DNA of 53,843 bases from an uncultured Chloroflexota bacterium (lineage in GTDB: Bacteria > Chloroflexota > UBA11872 > VXNJ01). The first letter of the stretch is position 1; every line of letters begins with the position of its first letter. The notes beneath the pieces are model-generated. The model worked only from the letters and a program-made list of their open reading frames with translations, was not told the origin of the DNA and did no database searches. The stretch is taken from assembly GCA_964496475.1 (NCBI GenBank), contig CAZBZS010000010.1:6402-60244 (forward strand), read 5' to 3'. Below are positions 10,158 to 19,829 of the stretch, in pieces. The position numbers and the translations under genes were made by a program.

Positions 10158-10670
10158 TTGCCTGAAAAGACCCGGACAACCACCCTGGCCGTCGACGCGC
10201 CGGCGCCGGATTTCACGCTGCCGGAGACGGGCGGCGGGACATTCGGGCTGAGCGAGTACCGCGGCGAGCGGGCGGTGGCGCTAGTCTTCCTGCGCCATAC
10301 CTGGTGACCGAACTGCGGGAAGCATCTCGCGCGGTTGCGCGACAGATTCGAGGAATACGAGCGCCGCGGCATCCAGATCGTGGCGATCTACGGCCAGGGC
10401 TTCGGCGCGGTGCGGAAGTTAGCCGAGCGGGAGCAATTCCCCTTCCCGGTGGTAGTCGATGAGGACCGCGCGGTCATCCGGGATTACGGGGTGTACGTGC
10501 GGATTAATTTCGAGTCATGGAACATGGCGCGGCCGTCGACGGTGCTTATCGATGGCGACGGGATCGTGCGATTCGTCTTCGTCGGGAAGAATCAGCTGGA
10601 GTGGCCCACGCACGAGATGCTGTTTGCAGCGCTGGAAGCCGCCAAACGGCCGGTCGAACCCGCCGGGTAG
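10158..10670 (+). CDS. AhpC/TSA peroxiredoxin-like selenoprotein (UxxC)
   Basis: Frame reads APDFTLP...LVFLRHTW-TGA(10305)-PNC...ARPSTVLIDGDGIVRF; TGA sits at the first Cys of CxxC; hairpin directly downstream. Confidence 0.85.
10311..10336 (+). promoter_or_regulatory. Putative bacterial SECIS hairpin
   Basis: GCGGGA/TCTCGC stem with AGCA loop plus AACT/GGTT lower stem, starting 3 nt after the UGA. Confidence 0.55.
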
Positions 10671-10693
10671 TCCCGCCGGCGGGACGGACGGGC

Positions 10694-12175
10694 CTATTTC
10701 GGAAGCGTGACGTTGCCGTCCAGTGGATTGCCGTGGGGACGGCCGCGCTTGAAGGCGATGGGGTTGAAGTAGTGCGTATCAGTCGGGGCCTCGACTCCCT
10801 CGGGGCCTTCAAACCAGAGCTTGCGCACCCAGGCCGGCGATTTGGTGCTGCGGATGTGGCGCAGGACGTGAGCGTGAAGTTCTTCATAGATGGCGGGATG
10901 GTCGGCCAGGACGTCGATTTCGGCGGCGGGATCGGCGTTGAGATCGAATAGCAGGCGAAGCTCGGGGTCTACGTTATCGACCAGCCACCAGTCCTGGGTC
11001 ACGGCGGTGATGCCCGACCAGCCGCCTTTGGGGCCGACCATGCGGCGCAGGTTAAAGGTCGCGTTGGGCGGGACGTAGTTCGGAAACACTCCGGAGATCG
11101 CGACTTTGCGGTGGACGCGCTTTTCCCCCTTGAGAATTGGGAACCAGGACTTGCCCTGGATTTCCATTTCGGCGGGTTCCGCGATGTCGAGCATATCCAG
11201 CAACGAGGGCACGAAATCGGGATGCTGGGCAATGGTCGGGATCCGTTTGCCGGAGCCGATGCCCTCCGGATGGCGGACCATCATGAGGGTGTGGAGGGTC
11301 TCGGGGAACTGGGGGCGCTTGCCAAGGAAGCCACGCTCGCCGAGGCCGAAACCGTGGTCGGACATGATGACCACCAGGGTTTCCTCACACAGATTCAGGC
11401 GATCGATGGTATCGAGCACCCGTCCGATCCAGCGATCGACCATGGTCACCTCACCGGTGAAGAGGGCGCGGATGTGCTTCATCTCGGCGTCGCTATAGCG
11501 ACCTTCGGTGTCGCCGAAGACCGGCCAGACCGGAACCACGCCTTCGTAGCCGGGATCGTAGAGGTCAACGTAGTGCTGGGGCGGATCCCAGGGCTCATGG
11601 GGGTCGAAAGAGTCGACCCAGAGGAAGAATTTTTCGTGACCGGCGTTGCGTTCCAGCCAATCGCAGGCCGCCTGCATGACCTGCGGCGAAAACCAGTCGG
11701 CCTCGGTCTGCCGGTCTTTGGTTTGGCGATGGTAGAGGGACATCCGGGCCGAGTCGGTGACCTTGTCGTCCACCGGGTACTGGATCTCATCGAAGTAGTC
11801 GGTGCGGACGCGGTCGACTTCGTGGCCGCGGATCATCTGCCAGGCGTGGAAGGGGCGGTCGAAGCCGTAGCCGTAGTTCATCAGGTGGGGGGTGTCGTTG
11901 ATGAGCATGGTGACGTAGCCGTTGTCGCGCAGGACTTCAGGGAGGGTGAGGGCGTCCCACTCGAGCGGGCCCCATTTCTGGAACGGCGCGCCGACCCGGC
12001 CCTTCATCAACTCGTGGCGGTTGGGAACGGTGGGAAAGGAGGCCAGGTAATGCCGATCGAAGACAGCCGACTCGACGGCGAAGCGGTCCAGGTTGGGGGT
12101 CTGAATCCAGTCGTTGCCGTTGGCGCCGACGTGGTCGTAGCGCAGGGTGTCGTTCATGATCATGACGACGTTCAT
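10694..12175 (-). CDS. Sulfatase-like hydrolase with Thr at the nucleophile position (copy A)
   Basis: MNVVMIMNDTLRYDH, SFPTVPNR, FDPHEPWD, MSDHG. Confidence 0.85.
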   Translation of the reverse strand: MNVVMIMNDTLRYDHVGANGNDWIQTPNLDRFAVESAVFDRHYLASFPTVPNRHELMKGRVGAPFQKWGPLEWDALTLPEVLRDNGYVTMLINDTPHLMNYGYGFDRPFHAWQMIRGHEVDRVRTDYFDEIQYPVDDKVTDSARMSLYHRQTKDRQTEADWFSPQVMQAACDWLERNAGHEKFFLWVDSFDPHEPWDPPQHYVDLYDPGYEGVVPVWPVFGDTEGRYSDAEMKHIRALFTGEVTMVDRWIGRVLDTIDRLNLCEETLVVIMSDHGFGLGERGFLGKRPQFPETLHTLMMVRHPEGIGSGKRIPTIAQHPDFVPSLLDMLDIAEPAEMEIQGKSWFPILKGEKRVHRKVAISGVFPNYVPPNATFNLRRMVGPKGGWSGITAVTQDWWLVDNVDPELRLLFDLNADPAAEIDVLADHPAIYEELHAHVLRHIRSTKSPAWVRKLWFEGPEGVEAPTDTHYFNPIAFKRGRPHGNPLDGNVTLPK

Positions 12176-12323
12176 GGAGGGCCTCGTTTCCTGGATTGCC
12201 GGTGGGGGCGACTTTAACGCAGGCGCGGGTTGGATTTCCCGACGGATGGCCGGTTGGCGGGATGACGAGCGCCGCGGGGATATGATCCGGTCGGCAGGGA
12301 TCACGCGCAGCCGGAGGTACGCC

Positions 12324-13730
12324 ATGACAACCCGGGATATCTGTTTCACACCGGCCGTCGAACTGGCGGCGATGATCCGCGACGGCGAGGTGTCCTCGCT
12401 GGAAGTCGTGCAGGCGGTCCTGGATCGCATCGAGCGGCTGAATCCGCTGATCAACGCCTACTGCACGGTGGTCGCGGACCGGGCGCTGGACGAGGCGCGG
12501 GCCGCCGACACGGCGATTGCCGGGGGTGCGGAGACCGGGCCGTTGCACGGGGTGCCGGTGTCCATCAAGGACCTGGTCGCCACGAAAGGCATCCGCACGA
12601 CTCACGGTTCGCCCCTCTTCGAGAACTGGGTGCCGGACTACAATGCGCCGCTGGTGGAGCGCCTGCGGGCCGCCGGGGCAGTAATCCTGGGCAAGACCAA
12701 CACCCCGGAGTTTGGTCACCTGGCGGTGACCCGCAACAGCATCTTCGGGGCGACGGCCAATCCGTGGAATCTCGAGCGCACTCCCGGCGGCTCCAGCGGC
12801 GGGGCGGTGGCAGCGGTGGCGTCGGGGCTCGGCCCGTTGGCCGAGGGCTCCGACGGCGGCGGCTCGATCCGCATCCCGGCGTCTTTCACCGGTGTCTACG
12901 GCCTCAAGCCGAGCCTGGGCCGCGTGCCGCTGTACCCGATGGACCAGGGCATGGAGATGCTGTCGGTGTCCGGGCCAATCACCCGCACAGTGGCCGACGC
13001 GGCGTTGATGCTGGATGTGATGGCCGGGCCCGACGACCGCGACATCAACTCGCTGCCGGCGCCGCCGGGACCGTTCCTGGAAGCGGCCTCGGCCGAAGGT
13101 GTGGAAAAGCTGCGGATCGCCTACAGCCCGGCGCTGGGTCACGCGGACGTAGAGCCAGAGATCGCGGCGATCGTCGCGCGCGCTACGCGGGTGTTCGCCG
13201 ACCTGGGTTGCATGGTCGAGGAGACCGACTTCGCGATCGACTCGCCCGCCGACGCCTACCTGCTGGTGAGCAGTTCAATCTACGCCGCCATCCGGCAAGA
13301 TGACCTGGAGGAGGTCCGCGACCGGATCGATCCGGGTTACATCAACCTGGTCGATGAGGTCTGGGAGGCGAGCGCGGCGGACTTCGTACGGGCCAGTGGG
13401 CTGCGTCGCAAGTTGTGCGAGCGGTTCGGCGAGTTGATGCAGTGCTACGACCTGCTGCTGACGCCGACGATGCCGGTCCCGGCGCGGCCTATCGAGGACC
13501 CGGGTCTCCGCAGCCAGAACCTGGGCTGGAATCCGTTCTGCCCGGCGATCAACATGACCGGCCAGCCGGCGGCCAGCGTGCCCTGCGGATTCACCGCCGA
13601 CGGCCTGCCGGTCGGCCTGCAGATTGTCGGCCGCCGGTTTGACGAGTACACCGTGCTGCGAGCCTCGGCGGCGTTCGAGTCCGCCACGCCCTGGTCGGAC
13701 ACGCGACCGCCGGTGCCGTTCGGAGCCTGA
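12324..13730 (+). CDS. Amidase signature family protein
   Basis: GGAGG RBS; IKD, GKTNTPEF, GGSSGG, GSDGGGSIRIPA. Confidence 0.92.
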   Translation: MTTRDICFTPAVELAAMIRDGEVSSLEVVQAVLDRIERLNPLINAYCTVVADRALDEARAADTAIAGGAETGPLHGVPVSIKDLVATKGIRTTHGSPLFENWVPDYNAPLVERLRAAGAVILGKTNTPEFGHLAVTRNSIFGATANPWNLERTPGGSSGGAVAAVASGLGPLAEGSDGGGSIRIPASFTGVYGLKPSLGRVPLYPMDQGMEMLSVSGPITRTVADAALMLDVMAGPDDRDINSLPAPPGPFLEAASAEGVEKLRIAYSPALGHADVEPEIAAIVARATRVFADLGCMVEETDFAIDSPADAYLLVSSSIYAAIRQDDLEEVRDRIDPGYINLVDEVWEASAADFVRASGLRRKLCERFGELMQCYDLLLTPTMPVPARPIEDPGLRSQNLGWNPFCPAINMTGQPAASVPCGFTADGLPVGLQIVGRRFDEYTVLRASAAFESATPWSDTRPPVPFGA

Positions 13731-13763
13731 TCGTCCCGGCGTAGCCCCGGTGGGCGGGGCGGG

Positions 13764-15239
13764 CTATTTCGGCGGGGTGATGTTGCCGTCCAGCGGGTTG
13801 GCGTGGGGCCGTCCGCGGACGAAGGCGCCCGGGTTGAACCAGGCCGTCAGCGTGGGAGGGCGCACGCTTTCGTCACCGTCGATCCAGAGCTTGCGAACCC
13901 AAGACGGCGATTTGGTCCGGCGGATGTGACTGAGGATCTCGCCGTGGAGCTTTTCGTAAACCTCGGGATGGTCGGCGAGGACGTTGTCCAGGCAGCCCGG
14001 GTCGGCGTTCAGGTCGTAGAGCGAGCGCAGGTCCGGGTCGGGGTTGTCGATGAGCCACCAGTCCCGGTTGGTAGCGGTGATACCGGTCCAGCCACCCTTC
14101 GGCCCGATGAAACGGCTGAACTCGGAGCCGGGCGAGACGTAGGTCGGGTAGGTGCCGGATATGGCGGCGGAACGGTGGGTGCGCTTCTCGCCCTTGAGCA
14201 CCGGGAACCAGGACTTGCCCTGGACTTCCATCTCGGCGGGGGGCTCGATGCCCAGCATGTCCAGCAGCGACGGCGCGAAGTCCGGATGCTGGGCGATCGC
14301 CTGGATCCGCTTACCCGCGCCGATCCCCTCTGGATGCCGCACCATCAGCATCGTGTGGTTCGTCTCCGGGTACTGCGGTTTCTTGCCCAGAAAGTCGTGC
14401 TCGCCCAAGCCGAAGCCGTGGTCGGAGACGATGATGACCAGGGTGTTGTCACGCAGACCCAGGCGGTCGATGGTGTCCAGGACGCGGCCGATGTGGCGGT
14501 CGGCCATGGTGATCTCGCCGGCGAAGAGGGCGCGGATGTGCTTCATCTCGGCCTCGGTGTAGAGGTCGGCGGGATCGCCGAAGCGCGGCCAGACCGGGAC
14601 CACTCCGTCGTAGCCGGGATCGTAGAGATCGGTGTAGTGCTGCGGCGGATCCCAGGGCTCGTGGGGATCGAAGGAATCGACCCAGAGGAAGAAATCGTCG
14701 TGGCCGGCGTTGCGCTCCAGCCAGTCGGAGGCCGCCTGCATGACCTGGGGGGCGAACCAATCGGCCTCGGTCAGGCGGTCCTTGGTCTGGCGGTGGTAGA
14801 GGGACATGCGCTCCGAGTCCTGGACCTTGTCGTCGACCAGAAACTCGGCGTTTTCGAAGTAGTCGGTGCGGACGCGGTCGACCTCGTTACCGCGGATCAT
14901 CTGCCAGGCGTGGAACGGCCGGTCGAAGCCGTAGCCGTAATTGATGAGGTGCGGCGCGTCGTTTATCAGCATCGTCACGTAGCCGTTGTCGCGCAGGACT
15001 TCGGGCAGGGTCAGCACGTCCCACTCAAGCGGGCCCCACTTCTGGAACGGAGCGCCGACGCGGCCCTTCATGATCTCGTGGCGGTTGGGGATGGTGGGGA
15101 AGGAGGCCAGGTAGTGTCGGTCGAAGACCGCCGACTCCGACGCGAAGCGATCCAGACCCGGCGTATGAATCCAGTCATTGCCATTGGCGCCAACGTGGTC
15201 GTAGCGCAGGGTGTCGTTCATGATCATCACGACGTTCAC
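13764..15239 (-). CDS. Sulfatase-like hydrolase with Thr at the nucleophile position (copy B)
   Basis: GTG start; SFPTIPNR, FDPHEPWD, VSDHG; close paralog of copy A. Confidence 0.85.
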   Translation of the reverse strand: MNVVMIMNDTLRYDHVGANGNDWIHTPGLDRFASESAVFDRHYLASFPTIPNRHEIMKGRVGAPFQKWGPLEWDVLTLPEVLRDNGYVTMLINDAPHLINYGYGFDRPFHAWQMIRGNEVDRVRTDYFENAEFLVDDKVQDSERMSLYHRQTKDRLTEADWFAPQVMQAASDWLERNAGHDDFFLWVDSFDPHEPWDPPQHYTDLYDPGYDGVVPVWPRFGDPADLYTEAEMKHIRALFAGEITMADRHIGRVLDTIDRLGLRDNTLVIIVSDHGFGLGEHDFLGKKPQYPETNHTMLMVRHPEGIGAGKRIQAIAQHPDFAPSLLDMLGIEPPAEMEVQGKSWFPVLKGEKRTHRSAAISGTYPTYVSPGSEFSRFIGPKGGWTGITATNRDWWLIDNPDPDLRSLYDLNADPGCLDNVLADHPEVYEKLHGEILSHIRRTKSPSWVRKLWIDGDESVRPPTLTAWFNPGAFVRGRPHANPLDGNITPPK

Positions 15240-15368
15240 AGGTACCTCGCTCCTCTGGTTGTCGGTGGAATCCAACCTTACCCAAAACCCACCCGTCGAA
15301 TCATCCCGAACCGCCCCTTCCCGATAAAATGCCCACCAGCGCACGTACCCCAATCGGAGGCATGAACC

Positions 15369-16715
15369 ATTCCATCCGATTCCACCTCCCGCCGGGACGC
15401 GGATGACCGGGCGTTTTTCGACGCCGCTGCCGAGGTGCTCGTCGCCGGCGTCTCCGCCTCCGCCCGGATCAATCCTGCCCTCGGCCGCGCAGTGCTGGTA
15501 GAGCGCGGCAACGGACCCTGGCTGATAACATCTGACGGACGCCGCATCCTGGATTTACACACGGGTTTCGGCGCCAGCTTCCTCGGTCACAACCATCCCA
15601 CCATCCGCGCCGCCGTCGAGTCCGCCCTAGACATGGGCCTCGTGCTCGGCCCCGAGACCGAGCACCCCCGGCGGCTGGCCGAGAAGATCGTCGAACTTCT
15701 CCCGGGCGCCGAACTGGTCCGCTACTCCAATTCCGGTTCCGAGGCCACCATGTCCGCCATCCGCCTCGCCCGGGCGTGCACCGGTCGCAGGCTCATCCTG
15801 AAATTCGAAGGCCACTTCCACGGCCTGCACGAGCTCGCCAACTTCAACACCCACTCCCCGCCTAGGAGGCCTCAACCCGGCAAATTGCTGGAGCCAATCA
15901 TCGATTCCTCCGGCATACCCGGTGAATACGCCGACCTTGTGCTCGTTGCCCCGTGGTTGGATGTTGCCGCCGTCGAAAACGCCTTCGCTCAACATCGGGA
16001 CGACATCGCCGCCGTCATCATGGAACCCATCAACTACAACTCCGGTTGCCTCGTCGCCGATCCCGCCTACATGCAGGCCGTCCAGGACATAACCCGGGAT
16101 AACGGAGCCGTCCTCATCTATGACGAGGTCCTCTCCGGATTCCGCACCGGTACCGGCTGCGCTCAGGCCTACTACGGTGTCACCCCCGACGTGACCGTAC
16201 TAGGAAAGGCCGTCGCCGGCGGAATTCCGCTATCGATCCTGGCCGGAAAGCGCGACGTAATGAGGACCTTTAGCCCGCTTGGCGGCGCCGCCCACAGCGG
16301 CACCTACACCGGCCACTTGCTAGGCGTGATGGCCGCCCGCGCGGTACTGGACCAGATCACCACTCCCGGGTTTTACGATGGACCCGACGGCATCCTGACC
16401 GTCGCAGACAAACTGTATTCAGGCCTGCGGGAGATATTCGCTCGCCACGGCATCACCTGCCGCGTCCAGGGTCTCGGAGCCCGCTTCGGAATTCTCTTCG
16501 GTCTCGACCCGGACGTACCCGTGCGCGACTATCACCTCGCCGCCTCCCACGATCACGCCATGCTCGGCCGCTTCGTCAGCCGCGCCTTCGAGCACGGCGT
16601 CTACTTCCACTCATACGACATGGCCCTGGGCCACCACGGCTTCGGCGCCACTCACACACCCGCCGTGATTGACGAAGCCCTCACCCGCATCGACGCCGCC
16701 TGCGCCACCATGTAA
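15369..16715 (+). CDS. Class III aminotransferase (glutamate-1-semialdehyde aminomutase-like)
   Basis: NSGSEAT, FEGHFHG, LIYDEVLSGFR, LGKAVAGG (PLP Lys), HSGTY; start uncertain (ATT 15369 or GTG 15435). Confidence 0.85.
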   Translation: MPSDSTSRRDADDRAFFDAAAEVLVAGVSASARINPALGRAVLVERGNGPWLITSDGRRILDLHTGFGASFLGHNHPTIRAAVESALDMGLVLGPETEHPRRLAEKIVELLPGAELVRYSNSGSEATMSAIRLARACTGRRLILKFEGHFHGLHELANFNTHSPPRRPQPGKLLEPIIDSSGIPGEYADLVLVAPWLDVAAVENAFAQHRDDIAAVIMEPINYNSGCLVADPAYMQAVQDITRDNGAVLIYDEVLSGFRTGTGCAQAYYGVTPDVTVLGKAVAGGIPLSILAGKRDVMRTFSPLGGAAHSGTYTGHLLGVMAARAVLDQITTPGFYDGPDGILTVADKLYSGLREIFARHGITCRVQGLGARFGILFGLDPDVPVRDYHLAASHDHAMLGRFVSRAFEHGVYFHSYDMALGHHGFGATHTPAVIDEALTRIDAACATM

Positions 16716-16964
16716 TTCCGCTCCCGGCCCGCAACCCACGGCCGGCTGAGCCTTCTTCGCCGCGCCCCTAATTATTCAAGGCGCTACCCCATCACGAACG
16801 ACAATCCACCAAGTATTTAAAGATGAAATCGCGTGCGGCAGGGAAATCAGGGCCCATGATTCGCCCGCGGTCGCTTTCCCGACCGCTAAAGTCCGGTCGA
16901 CCCCGGACGGGCGGCAAGACGATAAATTCAGGGTGACCTTGACCCGGTGATGGGGACCGCGCCA

Positions 16965-17310
16965 GTGGAGCTTCTGAACAAGATCAAATAGATCGCGATC
17001 TCCATGGCCGTCGGCCTGGCAGCACGGGCAGTTGGCGCGGCGGTGATGTTCCTGGGCTTCATGAACGAGCTGGCGGAAACGCTTGATATTAGGATGGGAT
17101 CGGTTATCACCGATCTAGATCACTTCGGTGTGCTCTCTTCCCGATTCCCCCGATCAGTACGCGTTCTACACCGGATTCGCCGTGTTGGCCGGTTTGGTGG
17201 TTGGTGTGGTCGCGGCCTTGTCGATATACCGTAATCGCGGCAAAGAGGCTCGCGACGGTAGATCGCGCAGCGAGCAGGTCGCACGCCCGCCGCCCGGATG
17301 GACCGGCTAG
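16965..17310 (+). pseudogene. Degraded small two-TM membrane protein
   Basis: Two hydrophobic segments, in-frame TAG at 16989 and an apparent frameshift near 17130. Confidence 0.4.
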
Positions 17311-17756
17311 GTCACAACTTCCGACATCTACGACCCCGGCTTGCGCCCGGAATTACAGAGGGGCGGACCGCTTTCCGCGCCGCCGCGACCCGTCCAAGAA
17401 CCGACCATTTTCGCAACTGATTCGCCGCCTGCCGCAACTGCTTGATCGCCAATCCCGAAGTCTGCCTCCGGGACCGGCGTTGAGCCGCGCAACCGCCGGG
17501 AGACCCCCGGCACCCAAATCTGAGACCGTTCCAAAGCCCGCCCCCCAAGCCAGCGTCTGCGCCGACCACCGCTGGAATACACACGAAACCGGCACCCTCC
17601 GACCAAAAAACAAGAAATCAAAACGACCCGATTACCGCTGGGGCAGTTAGTACCCGACCCAATAAGAGCGGTCTCCAGAAATAACTCCGAGCGCATGCGG
17701 TTGAACTGGGCGTCCGGTGGTCGACCGGGCCTCCCGCCGACCGGGCAGCACGAAAC

Positions 17757-18098
17757 GTGAGTAAATCAACTCGAATGGTCCTCACCGCCGCGCTGGCCAC
17801 CGTGGCGATGCTGGCCGCTGCCGGTCTCATTATCGGGTATGGAATTCTCAACTTGGTTCACGAGGTGGGAAGTTCTATCTTGTGGGATCTTCACCGCGAC
17901 GGCTTTCGGTGGAGATGAGTGCCTTTGATGTGGCCTTTTCAGTTCTGAGAAATCGTGGTGCTCGCTGTCGTCATGGGCGTTTCGACCGGCTTCGTGACCG
18001 GGCGGCTGACTTACAGGCACCTCGAATCTCAAGATTCAGCCGGATCGGCGACAGGGCCCGAACCTCCGGCGGACCGTGGGGGCCAGGGGCCCCCGTAG
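17757..18098 (+). pseudogene. Degraded small two-TM membrane protein
   Basis: Open hydrophobic frame interrupted by TGA at 17916 and 17946. Confidence 0.45.
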
Positions 18099-18220
18099 GC
18101 CCAATCGCGCCGACACAAGACGCAGCGCCGGGGAACCGGCTACTATGGCCGCGCGTTCTCGCGGTCGGGGCCTGTGGCAACAGAAAGCGACGGGGATCGC
18201 CGCAATCAAAGGAGCGATCC

Positions 18221-18970
18221 ATGGCCGAGATTCGACCGAACAGGACAAAAGAAAAACTCGCCGCCGGCGGCGTGGTCACTTGCATCCAGGGTTCACCCAT
18301 GTCCGCCGACATGGTGGATCTCGTCGGTCCGCTCGGCTTCGATTGCGTCTGGCTCGAGGCCGAGCACGGCGACGTCGATTACGGCGACATCCCCAACCTG
18401 ACCCGCGCCTGCGATCTCTGGGGAATGACCCCTCTGGTGCGCGTGAATCGAATCGAAACCGGAATCATCTACCGGACTCTCGACGTCGGCGCCATGGGCA
18501 TCGTCGTCCCCCACGTCAACACCGCCGACGAAGCCCGCAAAGTCGTCCAGGCGGCTAAGTTCCATCCGCTCGGTCACCGCGGCTACTTCTCCAGCCGGCA
18601 GTCCTTCGGCGTCGGCGGCTTCGTCGAGAAGGCCAACGACCAGTCTATGATCGTCGTCATGATCGAAGATGTCGTCGCCGTGGATAACCTCGACGAGCTC
18701 CTGGCCGTGGACGAAATCGACGTGTTCTTCGTCGCTCCCGGCGACCTCGGCCAGAGCATGGGCATCCTCGACAACCAAGATGTCAGGGTGCAAAATCTCA
18801 TCGACGAAACCATGAAGCGAATCGTGGCCGCCGGGAAGGTCGCCGGCGGCGTTGGCGACACCGCTGGATGCCGGGAATTCCTCGACATGGGCGTCCAATT
18901 CCTCAGCACCAACTGGCTCCCCTGGCTATCCAACGGGGCCAACGAATTCCTCCAGGGAGTCAGACGGTAA
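18221..18970 (+). CDS. HpcH/HpaI aldolase family protein
   Basis: AGGAG RBS; WLEAEHG, LDVGAMGIVVPHV, MIE, FFVAPGDL. Confidence 0.9.
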   Translation: MAEIRPNRTKEKLAAGGVVTCIQGSPMSADMVDLVGPLGFDCVWLEAEHGDVDYGDIPNLTRACDLWGMTPLVRVNRIETGIIYRTLDVGAMGIVVPHVNTADEARKVVQAAKFHPLGHRGYFSSRQSFGVGGFVEKANDQSMIVVMIEDVVAVDNLDELLAVDEIDVFFVAPGDLGQSMGILDNQDVRVQNLIDETMKRIVAAGKVAGGVGDTAGCREFLDMGVQFLSTNWLPWLSNGANEFLQGVRR

Positions 18971-19009
18971 CGACTACACCTCGCCCCACACGCCGAGCCC
19001 GAAGCCTGC

Positions 19010-19786
19010 CTAAATGACCGGTTTGTCTGTCTCGATGTCCACGATGTACAGTGCCGCCGCGCTCAATCGGGCTGCGGTTTCCGCCGACACATAGTCCTTC
19101 AGACTCTCCTGTTGCGGCAGCTTCCGCCGCGTAAACGCCGAATGCAGCGCCCTTCTCGGCCGGTCGTGTCGGTTCACCGTGCCCCCGTGCCAGGTATGGG
19201 AGTTGAACACCACCACCGTGCCCGCCTTACCCGTCAGCAATTTTTGCTCCGGATGCGTCGCCATCTGGTCCTCAAGCGACTCCGGCCCGACCGGGAAGCG
19301 ATGCGACCCAGGCACTACCCGCGTCGCGCCGTTTTCTTCAGTGAAGTCGTCCAGCAGCCAGATGGAATTACAAATCCGAAATCCGATCTCGTCTGGCCTC
19401 TGACCCGCGTCGTCATGCAGCTTCTGCAGTCCGTGCCCCGGCAGCGCCGCCCGGCCGTGCAGCGACAACATGTGTATCTCCCCCGGCAGCACATGATGAA
19501 TCGCCGCCATCACCCGTGGATGCATGAAACAGACCTCGAAATCCGGCCCTTTGTCCACCAGATTCGCCAGCCGGTCCGTCCCCTCCTCTTTTCTGAATTC
19601 CGTCCCAGCCGCCTTGCCTTCCTCCGCGAGCAACCCATCCACCCGTCCCCGCAGCGCTTCCAACTGCACCTCGGTCATGACTCCCGGCAGCGGCAAGAAC
19701 CCATCCCGATCCAGCATCGCCTTCTCATCGTCTGAGAGCGTGCTCTTCGTCACTCCGAATTCGCGCAGCGCCGCCGCCGTGTCCAT
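19010..19786 (-). CDS. Phytanoyl-CoA dioxygenase (PhyH) family Fe/2OG enzyme
   Basis: LHDD (HxD), WLLDDFTEENGATRVVPGSH, WHGG. Confidence 0.9.
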   Translation of the reverse strand: MDTAAALREFGVTKSTLSDDEKAMLDRDGFLPLPGVMTEVQLEALRGRVDGLLAEEGKAAGTEFRKEEGTDRLANLVDKGPDFEVCFMHPRVMAAIHHVLPGEIHMLSLHGRAALPGHGLQKLHDDAGQRPDEIGFRICNSIWLLDDFTEENGATRVVPGSHRFPVGPESLEDQMATHPEQKLLTGKAGTVVVFNSHTWHGGTVNRHDRPRRALHSAFTRRKLPQQESLKDYVSAETAARLSAAALYIVDIETDKPVI

Positions 19787-19829
19787 ATCGATATACCCCG
19801 AACATTCCTACCGTGCCGGTCCAACATCC

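Noticed and set aside
17916-17948. Two in-frame TGAs as selenocysteine or genetic code 4
   Set aside because: No Cys-motif context or evident SECIS; TGA terminates conserved genes such as thrS, ubiD and ubiX.
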